Positions 10,444 through 22,187 of a DNA stretch of 64,000 bases are shown here, piece after piece. Position 1 is the first letter of the stretch, and every line of letters starts with the position of its first letter. The position numbers were made by a program, and so were the translations under genes. The notes under the pieces were generated by a model. That model ran no database searches. It was not told the origin of the DNA and saw only the letters and a program-made list of their open reading frames with translations. Source of the stretch: an uncultured Dehalococcoidia bacterium (lineage in GTDB: Bacteria; Chloroflexota; Dehalococcoidia; Lucifugimonadales; UBA2985). The stretch lies in contig CAZOCC010000028.1 of NCBI GenBank assembly GCA_964578255.1, positions 10,055-74,054 of the forward strand, in the 5' to 3' direction.

Positions 10444-11355
10444 ATGAAAAACAGACACCTTCTATCAATATCGGACCTTAGCCCACAAGATATACAACTA
10501 CTGATAAATAGGGCCCAAGTCCTTAAGGAGCAGACTCGTCCAAATATCCTGTCGGACCAATCAGTGGCTCTGTTATTCGAAAAACCATCCTTGAGAACAA
10601 AAGTCTCTTTCGATATTGCCGTGGAACAGCTAGGAGGACACTGTGTGTATCTTGGAAAAGAAGAGGTAGGATTGGGGGTGAGGGAATCACCGGCTAATGT
10701 GGCCAAAGTTATGTCCAGGTACGTAAATGCATTGGTGGTACGTACGTACGCTCAGTCGGTATTGGAAAATCTGGCCAAACATTCCTCCATACCCGTCATA
10801 AACGCATTATCCGATGAGGAGCATCCATGTCAGGCGCTGGCAGATTTGCTCACTATATATGAGAACAAAGGGAAACTGACCGGCATTAATGTGACCTATG
10901 TAGGTGACGGCAATAACGTGGCTGCAAGTCTAGCAATTGCTGCTGCAAGCGTAGGCATCAATATCTCTATAGCATCGCCTGTCGGATACGAGCTACCAAT
11001 CAATATAGCACACGAAATCCAAAGAAGAGCCCAAGATACGAACGCGCAGATCAAAATCGGCAACAACCCTCTAGAAATGCTACGCGGGGCTGACGTCATT
11101 TATACAGATGTGTGGGTGAGCATGGGACAGGAGACAGAAACTAAAGAAAGACTTCAATCGTTTGAGAAATACCGAGTAGATGAGGACTTATTGGCTATCG
11201 CTGGACCCAATGCAGTATTCATGCACCCTCTACCTGCCCACCCTGGAGAAGAAATCTCTTTAGGTATGTTGGACCATCCCCAATCAATTGTATTTGACCA
11301 GGCTGAGAACCGACTGCACATACAGAAAGCCATACTAGCCGAAATATTAGGCTAA
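10444..11355 (+). CDS. argF: Ornithine carbamoyltransferase
   Basis: FEKPSLRT, HPCQ, GDGNNV, YTDVWVSMGQE, HPLP, DQAENR. Confidence 0.95.
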   Translation: MKNRHLLSISDLSPQDIQLLINRAQVLKEQTRPNILSDQSVALLFEKPSLRTKVSFDIAVEQLGGHCVYLGKEEVGLGVRESPANVAKVMSRYVNALVVRTYAQSVLENLAKHSSIPVINALSDEEHPCQALADLLTIYENKGKLTGINVTYVGDGNNVAASLAIAAASVGINISIASPVGYELPINIAHEIQRRAQDTNAQIKIGNNPLEMLRGADVIYTDVWVSMGQETETKERLQSFEKYRVDEDLLAIAGPNAVFMHPLPAHPGEEISLGMLDHPQSIVFDQAENRLHIQKAILAEILG

Positions 11356-11367
11356 TGGGGAATAGAC

Positions 11368-12681
11368 ATGACCAAGCCTTTAGTAGCAATAGTCGGTAGA
11401 CCTAATGTAGGGAAATCCACTTTATTCAACAGGTTGGTTGGACATTCCAAGGCCATAGTTTCTGATTCCCCTGGCACCACACGAGACAGAATAACAGCCA
11501 CAATACCATGGAAAGAAGGATCCATGATCCTGATAGATACCGGTGGCATTGAATCATCCCATATGTCTGAACCATTGGAGCAGGTAATGCATCAAGTTGA
11601 TCTGGCCATCGAAGAATCTGACATTCTGTTATTCGTGGTAGATGTTAATGACGGTGTAACACATCAAGACATAGAGATTGCTGATTCTATTCGAAAGCTA
11701 GGTAAACTTTCGATTCTCACAATTAACAAAGTAGACAATCATCAGAAAGAACTCCAGGCAATGGAATTCTACCAATTAGCCCTCGGAGATCCCCTCTTGA
11801 TAAGTGCATATCATAACTTGGGCATATCTGACTTATTAGATGAATTGAATAACTTATTACCACCAGAACCTGACACTGACGATATTCTTGAAGGCCCTAG
11901 GTTTGCAATATTGGGGCGTCCGAACGTTGGCAAATCATCACTCATCAATGCCATATTGGGAAATGACAGGACCATAGTTTCAAGTGTACCAGGCACCACT
12001 CGAGATTCGATAGATATACAATTTCATTTTGACAACGAGCCGATTTCCATCATAGATACTGCAGGAGTCAGGAAATCTGGCAAAGTCGAATCGGGTATCG
12101 AAAAATATAGTGTGCTTAGAACAATCAGAGCACTGGAAAATTCAGATGTATGCCTACTGTTGACAGATGCCTCAGAAATACTCGCAAATCAGGATACCCA
12201 TATAGCTGGCTACATTAAAGACAGTTTTAAGGGAGTTGTAGTAGTAGTTAACAAATGGGACCTCATACAAGATCAAATGACCCAAGAGGAAGCAACATTT
12301 GAGATTCGCCGCAGACTTAAATTTATTCCTTATGCCCCAATCTGTTTTACATCGGCTATCAATCGCATAGGTGTAGAGGATGCAGTAAAAACAGCCATTG
12401 AGGTTTATAGACACGGCAAGACTATGATATCCCGCAGCGATCTAAAACGTGTCCTGATTTCAGCTCTAGCATCACATATGCCACCAAGCAGGGGAGGCAA
12501 AAACCTAAGAATATCAAGAATGTACCAAAAGGATGTCAGCCCTCCAACTTTTGTGACTTTCGTGAATAATCCAGAGCTAATACACTTTTCATACAGGAGA
12601 TACCTGGAAAATCAACTTCGACTAGCCTTCGGGTTTAAAGGTAATCCCTTACAACTGATATTCTCGAAAAGAGGTAGATAA
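11368..12681 (+). CDS. der: Ribosome biogenesis GTPase Der (EngA)
   Basis: Two GTPase domains (GRPNVGKS twice, DTGG/DTAG, NKVD/NKWD) plus KH-like C-terminus. Confidence 0.97.
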   Translation: MTKPLVAIVGRPNVGKSTLFNRLVGHSKAIVSDSPGTTRDRITATIPWKEGSMILIDTGGIESSHMSEPLEQVMHQVDLAIEESDILLFVVDVNDGVTHQDIEIADSIRKLGKLSILTINKVDNHQKELQAMEFYQLALGDPLLISAYHNLGISDLLDELNNLLPPEPDTDDILEGPRFAILGRPNVGKSSLINAILGNDRTIVSSVPGTTRDSIDIQFHFDNEPISIIDTAGVRKSGKVESGIEKYSVLRTIRALENSDVCLLLTDASEILANQDTHIAGYIKDSFKGVVVVVNKWDLIQDQMTQEEATFEIRRRLKFIPYAPICFTSAINRIGVEDAVKTAIEVYRHGKTMISRSDLKRVLISALASHMPPSRGGKNLRISRMYQKDVSPPTFVTFVNNPELIHFSYRRYLENQLRLAFGFKGNPLQLIFSKRGR

Positions 12682-12682
12682 A

Positions 12683-13333
12683 TTGACCCCAATGTTACTC
12701 CTAATCAGTTGCTATCTGATGGGAACCCTACCCTCTGGCTTAATAATCACTAAGATATTCAAGCGCATTGATGTACGCGAATACGGCAGTGGTAACGCAG
12801 GGGTGACAAACGTTCTACGGACTGTTGGGATATGGCCTGCCCTGTCTGTATTAACATTTGACGTAGGTAAAGGAATCTTGGCGGTTCTGGTGACGAAAGC
12901 AATTGCGCCGTCTCCAGAACTTGAAGTAGGGGCCGCTATATCTGTGATGGTTGGTCATAATTGGCCTATATTTTTAAAATTCAAAGGAGGGAAGGGTAGT
13001 GCAACCGGCATTGGTTCTGTGTTCGCCATATCTCCCTGCGCAGGCATAATAATGCTAGCCATTGGCTTACCATTCATAGCATTTTTCAGATATGTATCCT
13101 TGGGAGCTATAATCGGATCGTTAGCGGTGTTAATAACAATGATTATAATGCCCATCTACTATCCAGATGCACCCATGGGAGTCACATCGTTGAAATACGC
13201 CATATACCCTGGATTGGCAGTGCCCATAATAATATTCCGTCACAGAGAAAACATAAGCCGACTGATGAAAGGCGAAGAAAACAAATTAGGAAAGCGCATA
13301 AACACACAAGACCCATCTACACGTTCCTCTTGA
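12683..13333 (+). CDS. plsY: Glycerol-3-phosphate acyltransferase PlsY
   Basis: GSGNAGVTNVLR; GHNWPIFLKFKGGKG; RHRENISRL. Confidence 0.95.
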   Translation: MTPMLLLISCYLMGTLPSGLIITKIFKRIDVREYGSGNAGVTNVLRTVGIWPALSVLTFDVGKGILAVLVTKAIAPSPELEVGAAISVMVGHNWPIFLKFKGGKGSATGIGSVFAISPCAGIIMLAIGLPFIAFFRYVSLGAIIGSLAVLITMIIMPIYYPDAPMGVTSLKYAIYPGLAVPIIIFRHRENISRLMKGEENKLGKRINTQDPSTRSS

Positions 13334-13342
13334 CCAGGATTA

Positions 13343-14347
13343 TTGAACATGTCAAAAATTGTTGTAACAGGCACCACTAGCTGGGGAACCACATTAGCCA
13401 TATTGCTGGCCAACAACGGCCACGATGTAACATTATTGGCTCGTTCTGCATCAGAAGCCCAAAATCTAGAAACGTCCAGACAAAATGCGAGGTTCTTACC
13501 AGAATTGTTATTCCCTCCCACCATGCACGTGTCAGACTCCATAGAATATGCTACCGATGGCGCAGCCATGGCTATCATTGCAGTTCCATCCAATACCTTG
13601 AGAGATAATGTAAAGGCATTGGCTCCTTATCTGGACAAACACACCATTCTCCTAAGTGCCACCAAAGGACTTGAAAAGGGCTCATCTATGCGTATGAGTC
13701 AAGTCATCGAAGAAGAATTGCCTAAAGCCAATCTGGACAATATAGCCGTATTGTCTGGCCCAAACTTGGCCAAAGAGGTGGCAATAAGGATACCAACATC
13801 TACTGTGATTGCCTCCAAGGATATAACAGTTGCCCAAACGATCCAGGCATTTTTGACATCTTCCTCATTTAGGGTTTACACAAACACCGATATCATAGGA
13901 GTCGAGTTGGGCGGCGCTTTGAAGAATGTCATTGCTATTGGCGCAGGCATTAGTGACGGTTTGGGTTACGGTAACAACAGCAAAGCCGCTTTCATTACTA
14001 GAGGCCTCGCAGAAATTACTCGTCTTGGCAAGTCAGCAGGAGCTGATCCACTTACATTCGCTGGTTTAGCAGGCTTAGGAGACTTAGTAGCCACCTGTTA
14101 TAGCAACCTCAGCAGAAACAGATACGTAGGTCACCAATTAGGTGAAGGTTACAAACTACAGGACATTTTATCATCAATGAACAACGTAGCAGAAGGCATA
14201 GATACGACAGAGGCAATGATGAAACTTTCTGGCAAATTAGGGATCTCTATGCCGATAACTGAGGCAATTCACTCTGTAGTGTTCAATCAAATGGATCCCA
14301 AACAGGCTGTGATGCAACTAATGGAACGTACTGCGCTAGCTGAATAG
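13343..14347 (+). CDS. gpsA: NAD(P)H-dependent glycerol-3-phosphate dehydrogenase
   Basis: SWGTTLA; SGPNLAKE; GGALKNVIAI; GLGDLVATC; SRNR. Confidence 0.96.
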   Translation: MNMSKIVVTGTTSWGTTLAILLANNGHDVTLLARSASEAQNLETSRQNARFLPELLFPPTMHVSDSIEYATDGAAMAIIAVPSNTLRDNVKALAPYLDKHTILLSATKGLEKGSSMRMSQVIEEELPKANLDNIAVLSGPNLAKEVAIRIPTSTVIASKDITVAQTIQAFLTSSSFRVYTNTDIIGVELGGALKNVIAIGAGISDGLGYGNNSKAAFITRGLAEITRLGKSAGADPLTFAGLAGLGDLVATCYSNLSRNRYVGHQLGEGYKLQDILSSMNNVAEGIDTTEAMMKLSGKLGISMPITEAIHSVVFNQMDPKQAVMQLMERTALAE

Positions 14348-14582
14348 GAATCAACACACATACTACGGGCTTCAGGAAATACACCAATTGCTAAGCGCTC
14401 CACATCGCAACAACTTCTTAATAACGACGTTAATCACTATATCGAACAGGTTGTGTGAACATCTATATATAATAGATCCCAATATTTGCTGTGGTTGACT
14501 CATAGCAACCAATATCATACCCTTTCAAGACCAACGCATATAACACCGGAATAACTAATGCGATAGTCGAGTATATGACAAA

Positions 14583-15845
14583 ATGTATGACAAAATATTC
14601 ATAGATGGCGGACTGAGAATAATCACGTCTTACATGCCCCACACTAAATCGGCTAGTTTGGCTTTCTTCTTGGGAACAGGTTCCAGGTACGAGACGGAGC
14701 GTGAAGCTGGAATATCACATTTCCTAGAACACATGTGCTTCAAGGGCTCCTCTTGGCACCCCACAACCCAAGAGATTAGCGAGACCATAGAGGGCATGGG
14801 TGGATCTATGAACGCCGCCACAGATCGCGAACTTACTACTTATTGGTGCAAGGTGCCTTACCAACATTGCCAACAGGCTCTTGACATCCTGTCTGGAATC
14901 ATTCTGGACCCATTACTAGACAAAGATGAAATGGAAAAAGAGCGACAAGTAATACTTGAAGAACTGTCTATGACCTATGATGTGCCTAGTTATAGAGCAG
15001 ACCTATTGATGGATCAAGTTATGTGGCCTGATCAACCTCTGGGTCGAGATGTAGGAGGCAGCAAAGAGTCTGTTCAAGGCATATCTAGAGCCATGTTAGT
15101 GGATTATCATCAACGCCAATACACCTCCGGCAATATTGCTATAATCGTCGCAGGCAATATACAACCACAACAAGTTATTGATTCCATATCAAGATATTTT
15201 CGGAACTGGAATAATCACAAACCAGGAACATTATTCCCTAAGCAAGATAACCAAGCTGAACCCAAATTCGCTATAGAAACACGAGATACAGAGCAGGCAC
15301 ATCTATGTTTAGGGTTTAAGGGAGTATCTTATTCAGACCCAGACGCCTATCCTATGCAACTACTGGCCACCTTGCTCGGCGAAGGTATGAGTAGCAGATT
15401 GTTTCTTCAACTTAGGGAGATCCAGGGTTTAGCGTACGACGTACATACCAGTTCCACCAATCTAAATGACTGCGGTAGCTTGATCACTTATGCAGGTGTA
15501 GAACCACGAAATACTGCTAAGGCAATACAATCCATCCTCTACCAACATCATCTGATTAAGGAAAGCCTAACTGAGGTCGAATTGCACAAATGCAAGGAAT
15601 TTCTCAAAGGACGTCTCATGTTAAGAATGGAAGACAGCCGAAACGTCGCCCACTGGATTGGCACCCAAGAAATCTTAACTGGTCATATTGACACAATTGA
15701 GGAGACTGTGAGACGAATTGACTCGGTGACCCCAGAACAAGTGATGGAGATAGCCAGAAAAACGTTGGTCACTAGCAAACTTAACCTCGCAATTGTAGGC
15801 CCTGAGGGCGATTATACAGGCCTAAGTGAAACATTGACGTTATAA
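14583..15845 (+). CDS. M16 family zinc metallopeptidase
   Basis: Inverted zinc motif HFLEH; SSRLF...RE..GLAY in C-terminal half. Confidence 0.93.
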   Translation: MYDKIFIDGGLRIITSYMPHTKSASLAFFLGTGSRYETEREAGISHFLEHMCFKGSSWHPTTQEISETIEGMGGSMNAATDRELTTYWCKVPYQHCQQALDILSGIILDPLLDKDEMEKERQVILEELSMTYDVPSYRADLLMDQVMWPDQPLGRDVGGSKESVQGISRAMLVDYHQRQYTSGNIAIIVAGNIQPQQVIDSISRYFRNWNNHKPGTLFPKQDNQAEPKFAIETRDTEQAHLCLGFKGVSYSDPDAYPMQLLATLLGEGMSSRLFLQLREIQGLAYDVHTSSTNLNDCGSLITYAGVEPRNTAKAIQSILYQHHLIKESLTEVELHKCKEFLKGRLMLRMEDSRNVAHWIGTQEILTGHIDTIEETVRRIDSVTPEQVMEIARKTLVTSKLNLAIVGPEGDYTGLSETLTL

Positions 15846-15908
15846 TAAGCACTCATTCATTTATGCAATATACCAGCTGTAAATCAATCGGGCATTTGGG
15901 GAATTCAT

Positions 15909-16637
15909 TTACAGCTTATTGAGCATCAGGAAAAATTCCCGGTTACCACCGGATCCAGTTATTCTGGACGCAATCAGACCACGCAACCTAAATCCATTTC
16001 CGACAACCCATGAAATAATTCTGCCTATTATATCTGCATGGGATGAGGGGGATCTAACTATGCCTCCTTTACCAATTTCATCAGGCCTAGCCTCATATTG
16101 CGGTTTGATTAACGCCAAGATGATCCCCTCTTTAGCCAAATGTTCAGACACCGAAGATAATATCCTGGTCAGTGATATAAACGATACATCGACCGTTATA
16201 ATATTAACTTTTTCATCTATCACAAATGGATAACTAGCATTGATCCTTTCCATCACAGTTACCCTAGGGTCCTCTCTTAGTCTGTAGTCTAATTGACCAT
16301 ATCCAACATCTAACGAATAGACTTTGCTTACATCATGCTTAAGGAGGCAATGAGTAAATCCTCCAGTTGAAGAACCTATATCTAGAGCTATAAGTCCCTT
16401 GAGGTCCAGCTCAAAGTCATGTATCGCATGTGCTAACTTGTTGCCCCCACGGCCATAATAATCGGGCTGTGATTTCAACGATATATCTGATGGCGGAAAA
16501 ACCGTTTGACTGGGAGCAATCGCGACTCTACCATTGACCGTTATCCTTCCAGCCAGTACATATTTTCTAGCCTCTTCTAGGCTAGATGTTATGCCAAGTT
16601 CCGTAAGTGCGTGATCCAGTCGCTTCCGGCTAGTCAC
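15909..16637 (-). CDS. tlyA: TlyA-family rRNA (cytidine-2'-O)-methyltransferase
   Basis: S4 domain RLD; LDIGSSTGGFT; DVSFISL; IKPQYE; GNREF. Confidence 0.93.
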   Translation of the reverse strand: MTSRKRLDHALTELGITSSLEEARKYVLAGRITVNGRVAIAPSQTVFPPSDISLKSQPDYYGRGGNKLAHAIHDFELDLKGLIALDIGSSTGGFTHCLLKHDVSKVYSLDVGYGQLDYRLREDPRVTVMERINASYPFVIDEKVNIITVDVSFISLTRILSSVSEHLAKEGIILALIKPQYEARPDEIGKGGIVRSPSSHADIIGRIISWVVGNGFRLRGLIASRITGSGGNREFFLMLNKL

Positions 16638-16861
16638 AATGCTCCAATATCTCCTTCTATCAGTAAAGCCAAAACCCTTGAGATATCACCGTGGAATAGG
16701 ATACAGACAATTGAAATTGCACATTAACATATCAAATGCCAATGGACCGCATGTTAATAAATAGAGCAAATTGCCCGTTGTATTACGGTCTTAGTTACGC
16801 CAAAAACGCTAAATTCTGTGATGACACCTCGCCATCACCATTTCGAGGATTCCCAAGTTCC

Positions 16862-18127
16862 CTATACACCCTTGTTAAGAGTATTGAGGAATTCAGTATT
16901 GGTAGCAGTACCCTTCAATCTATTCATAAGGGTCTCCGTAGCTTCAGTTGAATCCATAGACCCAGAATTGATCATTGACACCATCCTGCGAAGCAACCAG
17001 ACCTGCTTCAGGGTCTCTTCACCCAGCAAGAGTTCTTCCCGCCTGGTACCGCTACGCTGAATATCTATTGCCGGGAAAATGCGCCTTTCTGACATACGCC
17101 TATCCAAGTGAATTTCCATGTTCCCGGTACCCTTGAATTCCTCGTATATTACTTCGTCCATACGACTCCCAGTATCGACTAAACAAGCAGCCATAATGGT
17201 TAGGCTACCTCCCTCTTCAATATTACGGGCCGCACCGAAAAAGCGCTTAGGAGGATACAGCGCAACTGGATCAATACCTCCAGAGAGAGTCCTGCCACTA
17301 GTAGGCAGAGATAGATTGTAGGCTCTAGTTAATCTCGTAATGCTGTCCAACAATATAACAACATTTTTACCACTTTCCACCAAACGCTTGGCTCTTTCAA
17401 GAGCTAATTCAGCCACACGACAGTGATCTTCAACAGGATCATCAAAAGTCGAACTAAAAACTTCCCCATCTATAGATCTTTTGACATCAGTGACTTCTTC
17501 TGGTCTTTCCCCTATAAGGGCCACCATTAGATTGACGTCCAGATTATTAGCCATAATCCCTTGAGCTATATGCTTAAGCAATGTGGTTTTGCCAGCTTTA
17601 GGAGGAGAAACTATCAGGCCCCTCTGTCCTGCACCCACTGGAGCGATAAGGTCCATGAGTCTAGTGGACAGATTGTCTTTATTAGTCTCCAGTTTCAATT
17701 GTTCATTTGGGAACACTGGAGTCAGACTATCAAATGTCCTCCTGTCCCTAGAGGCGTTCGGATCACCTCCATTAACTCCCTCTACACGCACCAGGCCGTA
17801 ATATTTTTCGTTATCTTTAGGAGGTCTTACTTGTCCCATAATTTGGTCGCCGGTTCTAAGAGCAAATCTTCGAACCTGGGACTGGGACACATAAACATCA
17901 TTAGAGCTAAGTTTAAGGTCTGGTTTTCTGAGAAAACCGTGACCGTCGTGCGCAAGGTCCAATATACCCGAGGCTAATATGCAACCCTGTTGTTCGGCAT
18001 AGGTTTGCATCATCTTAAAAACGATTTCGCTCTTAGGCAAAGCAGCCAGACCATTTTCCAATCCCAATTCCTGAGCTTCTTTCAGTAATTCCTCTTTATT
18101 CTTACTATCTAATTCTGCCAGATTCAT
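16862..18127 (-). CDS. rho: Transcription termination factor Rho
   Basis: GFLR RNP motif; PPKAGKT; ERPEEVTD; LDSITRL; [10 protein letters not shown]. Confidence 0.98.
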   Translation of the reverse strand: MNLAELDSKNKEELLKEAQELGLENGLAALPKSEIVFKMMQTYAEQQGCILASGILDLAHDGHGFLRKPDLKLSSNDVYVSQSQVRRFALRTGDQIMGQVRPPKDNEKYYGLVRVEGVNGGDPNASRDRRTFDSLTPVFPNEQLKLETNKDNLSTRLMDLIAPVGAGQRGLIVSPPKAGKTTLLKHIAQGIMANNLDVNLMVALIGERPEEVTDVKRSIDGEVFSSTFDDPVEDHCRVAELALERAKRLVESGKNVVILLDSITRLTRAYNLSLPTSGRTLSGGIDPVALYPPKRFFGAARNIEEGGSLTIMAACLVDTGSRMDEVIYEEFKGTGNMEIHLDRRMSERRIFPAIDIQRSGTRREELLLGEETLKQVWLLRRMVSMINSGSMDSTEATETLMNRLKGTATNTEFLNTLNKGV

Positions 18128-18474
18128 GACCGCATATCACCCATCTTACGGACTCCTGTACATATATTCTTCGAACCAGCTTCCATTTCACTAGTCAGCT
18201 ACACTGTCTATACATAAACCGTTGTTCACCCCCCGTGCGGGAACAATGTGACGCTACATACAAACTCAAATCTATCTGAAAGAAATCTTTATCCAGTATA
18301 AACTCGCCCATCGAGTCAACACTATGAGAACCCTCAGAATAAATGTTGGATGCAGACAAGGTATACGGGGGAGGCATAAAGCTCTACTGAGCCCAGTCTA
18401 TCATATTTATCCAGATACGTCCATCCAACTATTACCGTAACCTAAGACACTTCCAAATATCAATCGCCTTTCGG

Positions 18475-20112
18475 TCATTTAGACTGTATAGGTAAAGGAT
18501 GTTGCCCGCCTTCTCTTATGATGTTTTTGGCAGCGCCCACGAATTCCCTAAACAATGGATGTGCCTCTGTAGGCCTAGACAAGAATTCTGGATGAAATTG
18601 CACTCCTATCATAAATGGATGATCTGTCAATTCCGAAATTTCCACCAGATTCCCATCTGGTGAGAGACCACTCGCTATCAGGCCTCCCTCTTGAAGCCTT
18701 TCTCTATAGGAGTTATTGAACTCAAATCTATGGCGATGTCTTTCACTTATTTCTGAGGTGCCATAAGCAAGGGCAGCCTTACTACCTTCAGTTAAATTAC
18801 ACTTATACACTCCAAGCCTCATCGTACCACCTTTGGAGTGAACTCCTCGTTGATCAGGCATTAGATCTATCACCGGATGAGAAGTGCTTTCGTCAAATTC
18901 CGTCGAGTTGGCTTCGGTAAATTCCAGCACAGTCCTAGCCATTTCAACCACCATCATTTGCATGCCTAGGCACAGACCAAAATAAGGGACTTTATGTTCC
19001 CTAGCATACCTTGCAGTCTCTATCATTCCCTCTATGCCTCTAGGACCGAATCCGCCAGGCACAACAATGCCACTAGCCAATCCTAGATGAGCATCTGGTC
19101 CATCTTGTTCAATATCCTCGGCCCTCACCCACCTAATTTCTATATCGGTACCATGGTACAGGCCTGCATGCCGCAGTGCCTCTCGTACCGAGATATATGA
19201 GTCAGGCAAATCTACGTACTTACCAACAACGGCAATCTGTATAGTTTCATCTAATGCCTTCATACGCTCAACCATCGACTCCCACTGAGACATATCCTTC
19301 CCTTTTTCCTTCAGGCCTAACGACGTTATGATACGATCTGCCAGGCCAGCTTTCTCCAATATCATTGGGATTTCATAGACATTTGATACGGTTGGCAGCG
19401 GTATTACCCCATCACTATCCACATCACAGAAAAGTGATATCTTGGCTTTTATACCTTCCGGTACCTCATAATCACTCCGACACAATATGGCATCCGGTTG
19501 TATGCCTATACTCCTCAATTCTTTAACACTATGCTGAGTAGGTTTAGTCTTTAGCTCACCAGTGGAACTAATATATGGCAAGAAAGTCACATGTATATAG
19601 AATACGTTATCACGACCAACCTGATTCCTCATTTGTCTTATGGCTTCCAAAAATGGTAAGCCCTCTATGTCACCTACAGTACCACCAACCTCAACCACTA
19701 CAACATCAGATTCGGATTCTCCAGCCAATCGTTCAATTCTATTCTTAATCTCATTAGTGACATGTGGAACCGCCTGTATAGTACCTCCCAGAAATTCCCC
19801 CCTCCTCTCTTGAGCAATAACAGAGCTGTATATCTGGCCAGCGGTTACATTCGATAAATTCGTAAGCCTGACATCTATAAACCTCTCATAATGACCTAGA
19901 TCCAAATCAGTCTCAGAGCCATCATCGGTCACAAAAACCTCTCCATGTTGATATGGAGACATAGTTCCTGGATCAACATTAAGATATGGGTCGAGCTTCT
20001 GCACCGAGACAGTTATACCACGACTCTTCAGAATGCGACCTATAGAGGCCACACTTATGCCCTTGCCCACGGAACTAACTACCCCTCCACTAACAAACAC
20101 GTATTTGGTCAT
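18475..20112 (-). CDS. pyrG: CTP synthase
   Basis: GGVVSSVGKG; KLDPYLNVDPGTM; GLCLGMQ; QFHPE. Confidence 0.98.
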   Translation of the reverse strand: MTKYVFVSGGVVSSVGKGISVASIGRILKSRGITVSVQKLDPYLNVDPGTMSPYQHGEVFVTDDGSETDLDLGHYERFIDVRLTNLSNVTAGQIYSSVIAQERRGEFLGGTIQAVPHVTNEIKNRIERLAGESESDVVVVEVGGTVGDIEGLPFLEAIRQMRNQVGRDNVFYIHVTFLPYISSTGELKTKPTQHSVKELRSIGIQPDAILCRSDYEVPEGIKAKISLFCDVDSDGVIPLPTVSNVYEIPMILEKAGLADRIITSLGLKEKGKDMSQWESMVERMKALDETIQIAVVGKYVDLPDSYISVREALRHAGLYHGTDIEIRWVRAEDIEQDGPDAHLGLASGIVVPGGFGPRGIEGMIETARYAREHKVPYFGLCLGMQMMVVEMARTVLEFTEANSTEFDESTSHPVIDLMPDQRGVHSKGGTMRLGVYKCNLTEGSKAALAYGTSEISERHRHRFEFNNSYRERLQEGGLIASGLSPDGNLVEISELTDHPFMIGVQFHPEFLSRPTEAHPLFREFVGAAKNIIREGGQHPLPIQSK

Positions 20113-20462
20113 ATTAAATTTCTACATTCTCCTATTTGAAGTCTACAGAACTGAGGGTTTTCATCGCACCTTACTTCACTGTAATGTGCCTCAGCATGCG
20201 GGATATGCTTTGGCATTATGCCTAAACCGCTGTTTAAAACTTAAATCCAACAAAACGAACCACACTTACTGATATAACACCTAAACCAACCGCATAATAT
20301 TTTGACAGAAAAGGAATTGTCAAGTGATTATGGTACAACTTGTATCCGACACTATGGTAAGTGACAAACACGGTCAAGGCATATCTGATTGTCATTGCAG
20401 GATAACGTGTGAATATTACAAACAAACCAGATCATAGACCACATGAGAGTAATACTGCCAGA

Positions 20463-21404
20463 CTATTGCTCGTCCGATGCCTGCATTGAGGGTGTGTTCT
20501 CAGTTTGCCAATCATCTAGCTGTAGGGTGTTATCCAATCTACGCTTATAACGCTCCAAATGGTCACTTCCTATCCTATAGGATTCTGACATCTGATCCAA
20601 TCTTTTCCCTAAGTCCTCATGTTTACCATAGAAGAATTGAAATGATTTTTGCATGTCTAGCAGACCATCCTGTAATTTCCTAGCATTTGCAATAATTTCA
20701 ACATTCCTTATTGACAATAAAACGATCTGCAAAAAAGCGTAAAAAGTATTCGGACTCACTGGTAAGACATGATGAGTCTGAGCAAAGTCAAATATTCTTG
20801 AAGGTTCACCAATATAATTATTCTCTGCGATAGTTTCATAATAAATAGCTTCTGATGGTATAAACATGAGGGCAAAGTCAGAGGTGCCCTTTTCAGGCTT
20901 TACATACTTGGTACTAATATGCATTATTTGTCTTCTAACTGCATCCTCAAATGCTTTCCAGTGAATCGATCTATCATCCTTGGATTCGCTTTCCATATAT
21001 CTGATATAATCCACTCTGGGGAATTTCGCATCAATAGGAACTACTACATCTCTGTATTTGACCACACAATCTACTATGGCACCGTGATCTATCGTGTATT
21101 GTCTTTGCCATATACCAACTGGCAAAACCCTATCAAGCATCTCTTCCAAAATGACTTCCCCATAAGTGCCTCGCAACTTGGGAGCTTGGAGTAAATCTTT
21201 CAGAGATTGCCCCAACTTTTGGGCTTCCTCCTGCTGTGCAGTCAATTTCTGTATCGCTTGGCCAATCTCAGCAAAAGCGATCAATTGATCCTTTAGTTGT
21301 ATTTCCCTATCTCTAGAAGAATCTCCGGTTTTCTTCTGATTTGCCAAAAACAACGCCAACATACCAGCAAGAAAGATCACAGAGCCTAAGATTATATAAT
21401 CCAC
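20463..21404 (-). CDS. rmuC: DNA recombination protein RmuC
   Basis: N-terminal TM and coiled coil; RGTYGE; PIDAKFP; TSDFALMFIPSE; VSPNT. Confidence 0.9.
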   Translation of the reverse strand: MDYIILGSVIFLAGMLALFLANQKKTGDSSRDREIQLKDQLIAFAEIGQAIQKLTAQQEEAQKLGQSLKDLLQAPKLRGTYGEVILEEMLDRVLPVGIWQRQYTIDHGAIVDCVVKYRDVVVPIDAKFPRVDYIRYMESESKDDRSIHWKAFEDAVRRQIMHISTKYVKPEKGTSDFALMFIPSEAIYYETIAENNYIGEPSRIFDFAQTHHVLPVSPNTFYAFLQIVLLSIRNVEIIANARKLQDGLLDMQKSFQFFYGKHEDLGKRLDQMSESYRIGSDHLERYKRRLDNTLQLDDWQTENTPSMQASDEQ

Positions 21405-21518
21405 TGTTAATCACCTACAAATATTCACTCGATAATCGAATCCTGGTGAAATAACTTTATATCAAAACCACATTAACAATCATATGTCCGCAATATCCTA
21501 GCCACAACCGGACACCAA

Positions 21519-22115
21519 TTAAGAATGCTGCCGTTCATAGGCATCTATCTTGTCCTCATTTTGCAAAGTCAACCCTATATCGTCGAGGCCTTTCAAAAGA
21601 CAGTCACGCCTGAAGGAATCGGTAGTGAAACTCACATCGAATCCTTCCGAGTCGGATATGCGACAGTTCTCCAGATCCACCGTCAGCTCATACCCTTCTA
21701 TTCTGGAATGAGATTTTTCCATCAATTGTTTAACGTCATGCTCTTCCAAAACTATTGGCAACATTCCATTCTGAAAACAGTTATTATGGAAAATATCCGC
21801 AAAACTAGGTGCAATAATCACTCTAAACCCATAATCCAATAATGCCCAAGGTGCATGTTCACGGGATGAACCACCACCGAAATTACGCCCGGAAACCAGT
21901 ATAGATGCCCCTTTGTAGTTAGCTTTATTTAGCTCGAATTCTGGGTTTGGTTGGCCATCCGGTAGAAAGCGCCAACCAGGTTGCGAGAATAGAAACTGTC
22001 CGAAACCAGTTCGTTCAATTCTTTTCAAATGTACGGCTGGTATAATCTGGTCGGTATCCACATTTTCCCGGTCTAATGCTGCGACTATGCCAGTCAATTT
22101 AATAAACGGTTCCAT
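21519..22115 (-). CDS. leuD: 3-isopropylmalate dehydratase small subunit
   Basis: NVDTDQIIP; [13 protein letters not shown]; SFADIF. Confidence 0.97.
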   Translation of the reverse strand: MEPFIKLTGIVAALDRENVDTDQIIPAVHLKRIERTGFGQFLFSQPGWRFLPDGQPNPEFELNKANYKGASILVSGRNFGGGSSREHAPWALLDYGFRVIIAPSFADIFHNNCFQNGMLPIVLEEHDVKQLMEKSHSRIEGYELTVDLENCRISDSEGFDVSFTTDSFRRDCLLKGLDDIGLTLQNEDKIDAYERQHS

Positions 22116-22187
22116 AATATGCTCCTATAAACTAATTAAACACTGATCACATGAGATTGATTTGTGTGCGATCCCATGAACAACAGC

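Noticed and set aside
18128-18474. Long pyrG-rho spacer as an ncRNA or 60-aa ORF
   Set aside because: No recognisable RNA family or protein motif; compatible with an ordinary rho leader
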